Below are positions 12,401 through 24,400 of a stretch of 64,000 bases of DNA, piece by piece. The notes beneath the pieces were generated by a model. It saw nothing but the letters and a program-made list of their open reading frames with translations, was not told the origin of the DNA and searched no databases. This stretch comes from Chiloscyllium plagiosum (taxonomy: Eukaryota), in NCBI RefSeq assembly GCF_004010195.1, contig NC_057746.1, positions 26,742,070 through 26,806,069 of the forward strand, given 5' to 3'. How positions within the stretch are numbered: the stretch's first letter is position 1; every line of letters begins with the position of its first letter. The position numbers and the translations under genes were made by a program.

Positions 12401-15400
12401 TAGCAGATTTTGCAGTTCAGATCATAACGTTAACCAACAAATTATAACAAGAAGCACATGGATCAGCAGATATATGTGCATATTTAATAAATAGACAATT
12501 TGTTTTCATTTGTATTAAACAAAAATAATACTAACCATAATCATATTTTCCAATTTTCTTGCAGCATACGCTTTGCTTGTCAGGTTAGTCGCTCAATAAC
12601 TTGCTTGTCGATATATTTTGATATAAAGTTTTTCTCTGAAGGTTGCTAAGCATTTTCTTATTCTACAGAGAATGTTCCTCATTCGATTTTGCAAAAGAAC
12701 AGGGTAAGTGCTATCCAGATTTATTTGTTTCATTCAAAACACTGTCAACAATTGCATGAGCATAATGATTTGTATGTGTGTATGCGTTTTGTGTGTGTGT
12801 GTATGTGTCATTGCTTCAAATCTATGATTTCTAGCATATTTGGGTTGAGAAATATAAGCTTAAACAGAGCATGCAAACATGCACTGTTTGTAAAGGAAAG
12901 GTTTTGTAAAGGCATCACCGTGTCTGACAAATATAAACATGTCTTGGACAATCAATTGCTATTAATAAGCGAAGTATTAAGATCCAACATGATTCCTTTT
13001 TGCTCAGAGCTTTAAGGAACATCTATGCTGTCTTTTTCTTTGGAAAACAGGCAACTATCCATGTAGGGAGGTGAGAGAGGAGGTGTGGGCGCAGGTTTTT
13101 CAATTCCTGCGGTGGCAGGGGAAGGTGCCAGGATGGGAGGGTGGGTTGTTGGGGGACGTGGACCTGACCAGATAGTCACAGAGGGAACGGTTTTTGCGGA
13201 AGGTGGAAAGGGGTGGTGAGAGAAATATATCCTGGTGGTGGGGTCCGTTTGGAGCTTTCCATATCCATCAAAGTTTTACTTGCATATCCACTAATATCAT
13301 TTATTGTATCCGTTGCTCCCAATGCGGTATACTCTGAATTGAGGAGACTGGACTCCTCCTAGCAGAGCGCTTTAGGGAACATCTCGGGACACCCGCACCA
13401 ATCAACCACACCGCCCTGTGGCCCAACATTTCAACTCTCCCTCCCACTCAGCCGAGGACATGGAGGTCCTGGGCCTCCTTCACCGCCGGTCCCTCAACAC
13501 CCGACGCCTAGGGGAAGAACGCCTCATCTTCTGCCTCGGAACACTTCAACCCCAGGGCATCAATGTGGACTTCACTAGTTTCGTCATTTCCCCTTCCCCC
13601 ACATCACCCCAGTTCCAAACTTCCAGCTTAGCATTGTCCCCATGACTTGTCCTACCTGCCTATCTTCCTTTCCACCTATCCACTCCACCCTCCTCTCAGA
13701 CCTATCACCTTCATCCCTACCTCCATTCACCTATTGTACTCTAGGCTACTTTCTCCCCATCCCCACCTTCCTCTCACTTATCTCTCCACCCTTCAGGTAC
13801 TCTGCCTCTATTGCTGATGAAGGGCTTTTGTCCGAAACGTCGATTTTCCTGCTCCTCGGATGCTGCCTGAACTGTTATGCTTTTCCAGCATTCTAATCCA
13901 GAATCTGGTTTCCAGCATCTGCAATCATTGTTTTTACCTAACTATCCATGTAGGTTTGAATTTAATCGCATATCAATTAAACTTTGGGACTTCAAACTGG
14001 GTGAAATTTCATGGGATGTGCCTCAGAACAGGTTCAGCAGAAATTGTAACTGTCACTTAACAAACTCAGAGATATTTCGGTAACATTATTTCATGACATG
14101 CTAAGGCCTCAGAGGACAACTTTTGCAAGATTGGCCAAACGTAGTCCATCTGATTGCCACCAGCATTCAAGGTATTGTAAGATGACAGTTCCATCAGGCC
14201 CATTTATAGACTTCCTCAATGTCTTTGTAAGAATTTGGAATTATTCAAATCAACAGCAGTTTCGGAGATGCTGAAAAGCAGGCTGTGCTTTAAAGAAGAG
14301 GTAGAGCGTAAGGTGCAATGAAAATATTTGTAATATTTGTTTTAACGTGATATGAATGCTGAATATTAAAGCACAAAAACTTCACGAAATCGCCATTTCT
14401 TTGAGGACGCTCTTTTTAATCAAAATGAGTGCTCACTATTTTTAACAGCAAATTCACGCTCTTAGAATACCCCAGGCATCTGAAGAACAACTATTCTCAA
14501 GTCTCAATTTCTCTAAACATCTTGAAAATACAGATTCCTTATTGTGCCCGCATCGACTCAACTTTGCCATTCACTTAAATAAGATCTAACAACATCAAAA
14601 TTAGGACATGAATACACAAATTTAAAACAGGAGTGAGTCACTTGGCATCTTAAAGGTGCAAGGGCACTCAATTACTCCACATTCTGCCTTTTACATCGTT
14701 GTTTATCAAGAATCTGTCCAGCTGACTTACAAAAAAGTTTCTGTTTCCACTTCCATTGAAGAAGAGATTTACAATGATTCCAGACACGTAGTGAGAAAAG
14801 AAATCTTCCCGCATCTGTTTTAAATGGGCGACACTTTAAATAGTGATCCTAGTTCTAGTCTTCCCAGTGAGTGGAAGGATCCATTCCATATCTGTCCCCT
14901 CAATACCTCACAGTACTTTTCATTTTGATTCAAATCGGCTTTTACCCGACAATGGATAAAAGTCTGTAAATGGCTGAACTTATTCTCATAAGAAAATGAA
15001 CCGATTTCAGGAGAACTAAATCATGCGACTTAAGCCTGTTACATAATTCAAGTGGTAATTGTCTATTCATTAATGCCTGGAGGGCAGTTAACTGTCAACT
15101 TTATTGCCCTGTTTCTCGACCTTGTGCAGACTAGCCCATAGTGAAGATGCTTTATTTCCTTTCCTGACAGACATTGACGAAGAAAAAGGTATTTTTAAAA
15201 AATATGATGATGCCTATATGAGACTAGCTTTTCATTCCAGCTGTTTTATTGACCACATAATTTCCAATTTCTTTACATCACCATTGCTTACTTTTCTCTA
15301 AAACGTACTCTTCTATCTTTCACAGAACATGCACATTAGTATTTGGAATAGTTGCTGTTCGTCTTTCAGTACACAATTTCACTTAAGTTAATCCTTTTAA

Positions 15401-18400
15401 TGAACACCATGTGTGATTCATGGCCTTATTAGCCCGGACAATAAGCTTGCCTAATGGGGCTCCAGCGTCTTCTGCATTCTAGTGCATTTGTACAAAACCC
15501 TATTCCTTCCTAACTGCTGTCTCGCTAACTTTGATGATTTGTTGGTTCAGTTAAATGGATATGTCTGACTGGAGTAATACATTGGGATGGAAGCTATGTG
15601 CTGTGACCTCGTGTAATTTCAGGGTGATGGGGAGGATTTATTCAACAACAAGAAGAAAACCCTCATAATCTGGAGAGTGTTAGGTGCTAAAATTGCCCAC
15701 AGTGTCCAGGGATGTGTAGGGTAGGCGCATTCGTCTGGGGTAAATGCAGGGGAATGGGTCTGGATGGGTTACGCTTTGGAGGATTGGTGTGAATTTGTGG
15801 AATGAAGGGCTGTTTCCACATTGTAGGGATTCTATGATCCTATGATTCTAAGAAATAGGCAGCCCACCCACTATATGTGAAAAAGGATCAATTGAACTTA
15901 TTAGAAGTTCAGTTGACAACACTCTGACTTGGCCAACACCATGATGCAGCTGGCGTTCACTCATGGGTGTACTTCAGCAGCAAAATCTCTTTCAAAGCTT
16001 TTATAGTGATGAGCAGGGAAAAGTAGTGCGCTATCTTTGAAGCATATGTTTATTCATCAGGAGTACCTCAGTGTATACATCCACACACTGCACACGATGA
16101 AAATACCCCCCTCACTCCTATCTGCTTTACTTTAATACCCTACCCCCACTCTCTAAAAATGGCAAACCTTCATAATCAAACCCCCAAAGGTATATCACTC
16201 CAGAATCCATTACTGCCTTCCTCGTGAACCTATCTATAGTTTTGGTAGCGCCCACTACCTAGCTCTGGCGTTATAGAAATTATTAGAACTGAACGTTTAC
16301 TGGAATTGTGGGTCTCTGCTGTTGTGGTTCTGTTCGCCGAGCTGGAAGTTTTTGTTGCAGACGTTTCGTCCCCTGTCTAGGTGACATCCTCAGTGCTTGG
16401 GAGCCTCCTGTGAAGCGCTTCTGTGGTGTTTCCTCCGGCATTTATAGTGGCCTGTCCCTGCCGCTTCCGGTTGTCAGTTTCAGTTGTCCGCTGTAGTGGC
16501 CGGTATATTGGGTCCAGGTCTATGTGTTTGTTGATGGAGTTTGTGGATGAGTGCCAAGCTTCTAGGAATTCCCTGGCTGTTCTTTGTTTCGCTTGCCCTA
16601 TAATGGTAGTGTTGTCCCAGTCAAATTCATGTTGCTTGTCGTCTGCGTGTGTGGCTACTAGGGATAGCTGGTCGTGTCGTTTCGTGGCTAGTTGATGTTC
16701 GTGGATGCGGATCGTTAGCTGTCTTCCTGTTTGTCCTATATAGTGTTTTGTGCAGTCCTTGCATGGGATTTTGTACACTACGTTAGTTTTGCTCATGCTG
16801 GGTATCGGGTCCTTCGTTTTGGTGAGTTGTTGTCTGAGAGTCACTGTTGGTTTGTGTGCTGTTATAAGTCCTAGTGGTCGCAGTAGTCTGGCTGTCATTT
16901 CAGAGATGTTGTGGGTCTCTGCCATGCTTTTTAATTCGGGGACGTTTGTGTGTGGGTTACTGAACTGGCCTCCGTAAGTTTAGGGCAATTGTCTTTACAT
17001 TGTTGATTCATACTATTCTGCATATTTTAAACGCCATTAACCTACATGAAGAAAGGGAATTAGCTTAGCTCAATTGGCTGGATTGTTGGCTTGTAGCATA
17101 AGATGATTCCAACAGTGTGGGTTCCATCCTTACCACTGGTTTGAGGTTGCCATGAAGAACTGTCCTTCTCAACTGTCTTACTTCACTGGTGGTCCTCAGG
17201 TTGAATCACCACCACTGATCTCTCTAAATCGAGAGTAGACCCTACGGTCTGGTAAGATTATGGCAACACACAGCAGTCAGCCATAATAATAAATGTCTCT
17301 TTTTTTCAATAGATCATCAGTGACTCTTTTCATTTGTCACTATGACAGTCAACAGTTAACTAACTGCTCTGTCACTAATCATTTTTTTGACAATCTTCTC
17401 TGATTGTAACCATGGAGACTTGACCTAATAGGTAAAGTATATCTTGGATGCGCAGAAGAGTTATTTTGTTAAATGAAATTGGAATTTCTAAATGTCTAGG
17501 TTGTTCTTGGCAGTTGTAGGAAATAGTGACCATAGCATGGTAGAATTTTTCATTTAGAATGAAAATTTCTACAGTGTGGAAACAGGCCCTTCAGCCCAAC
17601 AAGTCCACATGACCCTCCGAAGAGTAACCCACCCCGACTCTATTCTCTTACCCTGTATTTATTCCTGGCTATTGCACCTAGTCTAGGCATCCTGGAACAC
17701 TACAGGCAATTTAGCAGGACCAATTCACCTAAGCTGCACATCCTTGGAAGGTGGGAGGAAACCGGAGCACCCAGAGAATGCCCACGCAGACGCAAACTCC
17801 ACACAGACAGTCACCCCAGGCAGGAATTGAATCTAGGCCCCTAGTGCTGTGCGGCAACAGTGCCAACCATTGAGCCAGAGTGCCATCACAGTGGCTTTAG
17901 TTTCAACTTCAAATGGGCTCAAAATCTAAATAATTAGATTCTGAATTCTGAAGGTATGAAAGGGAAGTTGGCTGTGATGGATGAGAAAAGTACATTCAAT
18001 GTTCTGACAGTAGATTGGCAGTGGCAAATATTTAAAGAATTAGTGTTGCTTTCAAAAGCCATACATTCATGTAAAGCAAAAATAATCAACACGAAAATAT
18101 GACAATCAATGGGAGATAGAAATAATTTTAAATAAAAATAAGAGGCTTATAAACTTTACAAAAATATGCTGTAGGCCTAACGATTGGAAGCATTTCGAAT
18201 TTAGCTAAGGTGAACTAAGGAATTGATAAAGAAAGAAGCAATAGAATATTAACTTAAATTATCAAAAAAAGCAAAGCAAGGCTTCTAAATGTATATAACG
18301 TAGAAACAATTAATAAAGGCGAATGTGAGTCAATTACAGTCAGAGTTAGGAGAATGTAGGAAGCAGCGAGCTAATATGCATACCGGTGATGTGGAATAAA

Positions 18401-21400
18401 GTGCAGGAGAAACGTAGCAGGTTTAACAACACCTGTGGAAGAAAAGTAGAGTGAATGGCTCAAGCCCAACGACGTCTCCTTTCGACATTTGAATCCACGA
18501 AGAATTATTGGCATGTTTAAGACATACAATGCTCCCCTGACAGCTGTTCTTGCCGCATCCTGAGTCCCACATTCAGTGCCTTGTGCCACCATATGTACAT
18601 GGACATCTCGAAATTTCTGCATCACGTCCGCCTCATGCTTCCTCAATGCTGTCATTGTTTCCATTCTACCCAAGTCTTCATAGCATTCGATGCATAAATA
18701 AAGGGAAAAGGAAAAAAAAACATTTTTGTGTTAAAGAGCACAAGCTTCAACAACGCATGGATTTCGATGATTCTATGAATCCTTCCTTCCACCTTCTGAT
18801 TCCATCCCTTCTTCTAAGCTTCTAAGTCTCTTGTTGTGTGTTTATTATACATGAGTTTTGAAGCCGAGTTATTCGGTGTAAAGCATTAGCGCTATTTCTC
18901 TCTCCACAGACGCTGCTAAACCTGGTGGCTACCTCCAGCATCTTGTGTTCTAATTACAACAGAAATTATAATAGGAAATAGAGAAATTGCATGGAAGTTT
19001 TAAAAAATAATTTTGTGTCATCTTCATCGAGGAAGATACAGAAATATTGCCCTGAAATATTTAAGCATGAGCATAGAAGTGAACTAATATCTATTAGTAT
19101 GAGTGGAAAATCAGAGTAGTACTACTGATTGTGAATGAAATCCGACAAATATCTGGGACCAATGAATTTAACCTAGAATGTTCAAGTGACAGTTAAAATC
19201 CTAATAGATACAATGTTGATTATCTTCCAAAATTATATCAATTCCACAACGTTGCTGCAGTTTTGAAACTTTTAATTGGAATCCTATTGTTTAAGAAAGA
19301 CTAACTGAGAAAGTCGGGATCTCCAGATCTGTAAGCATGACGTCCGTAGGAAGGAAAATATTAAAATCGATTGTGAGTGATGTAACTGCTGGATTTGTCG
19401 GAAATAATTGTGAGATTGAACAGAATAAATGTGAATTTATGAAGGACGATTCAAGTTTGACAGATAACAATCTTTGTTTTGTTTGGATGTTTTAGCAAAA
19501 TTGATAATGACAGCCAGGGTACGTGGTGTGTTTGAACTTTCCAAATCTTCAATAAAATCCCAGAAGTAGGTTAGAAAACAAATTTATACTGCATTTGATG
19601 AGGCAATATACTAAAATGTATTCAGGATTAACAAATGTAAATAAAAGAGCAACGTCAATGGTGCATTATTAGACTGATAGGTTGTGACAAGTGAGTAACA
19701 GAAATGTCAATGCTTTGGCCCCAGCTGTACAAAGTTATTTAAGTATTTGGATATGGGGACTAAGTGCAATATCTCAAAGTTTGCAGATGATACAAAATAT
19801 AGTGATATTGCGAATTTTGAGGAGAGTGCAAAAATGTTTCAACTGAGGTTATATCGATAGACTGAATCATTGGGTAATAGTATGGCAGATGGGAAATAAT
19901 GGGGTAAGAGAGGTTATCGTGTTTGGTGGGAGGAACAGAGAAGCACATGATTTTTAAAATGGTTAGACATTCTAAAAGGTTGATGACCAAAGGGACATTA
20001 CATGCCTTTGTGATAAGTAGCTGAATGTTGGCTTGCAGCTGCAGCAAGCAATTCGGATAGAAAATGAGATGTAAGACTTCATTACAAGTGGATTTGAGAA
20101 CAGCAGAAAGGAACGTTTGCTTCAACTGCATAGAACACTGGCAACACCATACGTGGATTGTTGTATTTAATCTGGTCCTTTTGCCTCAGGGAAGATATAC
20201 TTTCTATGAGTGGAATTCAAAGAAGTTTCATCAGGCTGGTGAACATGCGAAACTTCTTCAAGGGATTGATTGGGTGGATGCAGAAAACATTCTCTCCTGC
20301 TGTAATGTCTAGAAGCAAGGATCATACTTTCAGAGTAAAAGGAAAGTGATTTAGAACTGAGTAGAGGAGGAATATTCAGAGATTGGTGAATCTTTAGAAT
20401 TTCTTGCCTCAGACAGATGTGGAAGCTTAGTCGATAAGTAAGTTCAAGATAATAAAAATTGAAAGAACTGTGGATGCTGTAAATCAGAAACAAACTGAAA
20501 TTATTGGGAAAGCTCAGCAAATCTGGCAGCATCTGTGAAGAGAAATCAGAGTTAATGTTGTCAGGTCAGGTACCCTTCCACAGAACATCCCCAGTTGAGG
20601 AAGGGTCATTTGACCCAAAACATTAACTCTGATTTCTCTTCACAGATGCTGCCAGATCTGCTGAGCAAGTTCAAGATTGATTGATAGTTTTCTAGGAACT
20701 CATGGCATCAACAGTTTCGTGAATGAATGGGGATATAGTGTTGAGGGAAACGTTGTAAAATCAGGGAGGATGCTGGAGGGCTGAATGGCCTACTCCTTCT
20801 CCTATGTTCCTAATCTTTTTATTACAGTCAATCAAGTCCTGCCACACCCAATCTATTTAGGCAATCTGCATAAATTATATAGGACATAGGACAGTAAAGT
20901 ACAAAACTGGTCTTTCAACCCATCATGTGCGTTCTGATCATGATGCCATTGTAAACTACTCTCATCTGGCTGCACATTCTCTGATCCATCTATCTCCTGC
21001 CTGTTCACGTGAGTGTCTAAATGCCAGTTAACCATTGTTGTGGTTTCAATATCTACGGCACCATCTAACAGTATGCTAATTGCACACACCACGCCCTACG
21101 AAAAAGAAACTTGCCTTGTATTTCTTATTCATACGTTAAACTTGTCAACTTAAACATATGGCCTTTAGCATTTGACAGGACCACGTTGGAAAAAGACTCA
21201 GACTGCCCGCCTTCTCATACTTTCATATTCTTCTATCAGGTCTCCTCTCAGCCTCCAATACATAGCAGAAACAGTTCAATTTTGTCCAATCTCTCCTTAT
21301 AGCTAATAAACCCCAATCCAGGTAGCATCCTGGTAAATCTCTTTAACATTACCTCCAAAGCCTTTCCGTCCTTCATATAATATGGTGACCAGAACTGCAC

Positions 21401-24400
21401 ACTGTACTCCAAATGTGGCTGAACAAAGGTTTTATACAGTTGCAAAATGACTTGCCGATATTTATGCTCAAGGCCCCAACTGACAAAGGCAAACATGCCA
21501 TATGCAATCTTTATCACCTTATCAATTTGCGTTGCAACTTTTGGGGAACTATGGATTTGCACCACAAGATCCCTGTGTATATCATCGTTATAAGAGTCAT
21601 GCTATTTACTATACTATGTCTGTTGTCATTTGACCCATCAAAATGCATTTCCTCACGCTTGTGCGGAGAAAACTCCATCTACCATTCCTCTATCAATCTT
21701 TCCAACTGATCTATATCCGGCTATATTGTCCGAGAAACTTCTTCACTGCCTACAACTCCACGAATTTTCGTGTCACCTGCACACTTACTAGTTATACCAC
21801 TCATATTTTCATCCCAAAACGACTGCCACAAACCTCCAGTCAGAGATAACCTCCCCCCTTCCCCCCCTCCCACACACACACAGTTATATTTGGTTATATT
21901 TGGTCTTCTATAACGAAGTCAATTTTCTATCCAATACGCTAACTCACCGTGCATCCGAAATGACTAGCCTACCATGAGGGACCTTAAATACTTTAATAAA
22001 ACCCATGAAGACAACTTCCACTGACTTCCTTTGATCAACTATTTTCATCACTTCCTCAAAAATGAAACAGATTTGTGAGACAAGGCAGTTCCCCACCTCC
22101 ACTCCACACCACCCCACACAGACACACACATACACACACACAAGTCATGTTGACTATCCCTAATAAGGGCGTTCTTTTCCAAATGCATGTAAATCCTATC
22201 CCTAGGAATTTTCTCCAATACTTTTATTAGCGCTGATGCAAAGATCACCAGCCTTAATTTCCCAGATTATCCCTGATAATCTTCTTAAACAAAGGAAGGA
22301 TATCTACTATTCTTCAATCTTCTGGGATCTCACCTGAGGCTAAAGAGCATACAAAGATCTCTGTCGACACCACACCAATCTCCTTCTTTGCCTCCCTCAG
22401 TCTCGTGGGATAAATGCCATCAAGTCCAACCTCAATGTTTTTCAGGGCACCAAATAGCTTCTTCTTTATATTGTCATGCCCTAGAAATCAACATACTTAA
22501 GCCTAATGTCACAATTTTCAATTTCCTTCTCCCTGGTGAATATGATGTGAAGTACTCATTAAGGACTTCACCCACTTTCTCTGGCTCAACGGATGAATTG
22601 CTTCTTTGACCTTGAATGGACGTAATCTTTCCCTTGCTCCAAATATACGTATAAAATGTCTTAGAATTCTCATTAACTCTACCTGCCAAGGGCATTTCGT
22701 TGCCTCTTTTAACCCCCGTAATTCCTTGTTTATATTCTTTCCTGTTTCCTTTAAATTCCTCAGGGCCTTGCCTGATTTCAGTTCCCTGAACTTTGCATTT
22801 GTTTCTTTTTTTATTTTTGACTAAACTTTCAATACCTCTTGTTACCCCAGGTTTCCGAATCTTGCCATCCTGATCGTTCATGCTCACAAAAATGTACTGG
22901 TTCTGAAATTTGATTGACTGGCTTTTCAATAAAACTCCCACATGTCTGATATGGATTTGCCCACAAACAACCACTCCTAATCTAATTTATCTATTTCCTG
23001 CTTAACTCTTGCAATTAATCTTCTGTTAATTTATCAGTTTCACCAAGGACCCGTCTTATCCTTATCCATAACTATATTAAGGCTTATCGAATTATGGACA
23101 CTGTTCCCAAAATGCTCCACAACTGAAACTTTGATCACCTGGCCAGGCTGAATTGGTTAAGATCTCTCCTCAGACTTACCTGTCAGGATTGATCTTGCAG
23201 TTTAACTACATAACATTGCATATGCCTACTACTGGTTAAGCATTTGCCTTGGTGCCATCAAACCACTAAATTGTCATGAAGTGACCATATAATGGGTCCA
23301 ACTATTTACCAGACAAGAAAGGTCCTCCACTTCACACTTTCCTGTTACATTAAGCACTTCTTTGTCTCCCAGACCATCTTTGAGGACAGCATTAAAACAC
23401 ACCCAATATCTTTGTTGAATATTTTCAGTAAGACAAGTGCAATTGTGCCAAAAACCTACGGAAATAAGTCATAACAAAAAAGAACTAGATAATAATTTGC
23501 TTACTAGGCGATTCTCTTTTTTTTTCTTGTCAGTCACATTTTACAATATGATGATAAAACAAGTTAACAGACACAACACACACGGATATCGAAATTGTTT
23601 GGCAATTTAACACTAAAGTAAGCGCAATCTTCATCCTGTCACATTCAACAATAAAGCATTTTCGATGTTAAGCAGTTACGGTCCATACACAAAAAACGTT
23701 GGCATAAAAAGAAAGAAAATTCACATACATAGAAGATCCATTCAGATTCAAATGCTACTCACATACTGTCCGGCTAGAACATTTTACCGCTTCTGATGTG
23801 TTTCGCTGATTGTAACGCCTTGTGTACAGTTCTGAGGTTCTGTAATACTTTCTTTCCTCTTTAAAGTTTGTTGTAAATGGTGATAAGGTCAATTGGCCAT
23901 GAATGCAAGCATATGTGAGCATTGCCATTAACAGGCAGGCTATTTCTACTAATACCATACATCATAACTTAAAAGCTTATAACCAGAATCTTGGTTATAA
24001 GTGTTTACAAAAAATGTTTTATAAGTGGAAAGTTTTTTCATACCAAAGTATCCTATATATGTCAAAGCATATTTCATAAATAATTTGTTAACTTCATTTC
24101 TCCTTTGGCCAAAGCAGAATTACCACAAAGGAACAAAGTGCGAAATCCTGCCCAGCATCAGGTAAATTAATATTTGCCTACTTTGTTACATATTCTCACG
24201 GATGATTTAATGTGCAACTTTATAGATATTTATGCACCATGAAATTAATTAAACCAAATTGTTTATTAAAAAGTCATCAGTTAACACCACCGGAAAACCG
24301 ATGATATGGTGTACAAAAATATCGGAACAAAAAGTCATCAAAGCAAAATGCACTAAAGCGGATTGAAACAGAAAACAGTTTCAGGTGGTTCACCTGTTTT

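Noticed and set aside
17066-17140. tRNA genes at SINE heads (also ~7650-7710, ~31900, ~55900)
   Set aside because: A/B boxes only, with no complete cloverleaf; each continues into a SINE body.
17313-17323. Possible alternative terminal exon of gene A (DHQ*) after ttttttcaatag
   Set aside because: Only an acceptor-like motif next to a SINE; no further support.
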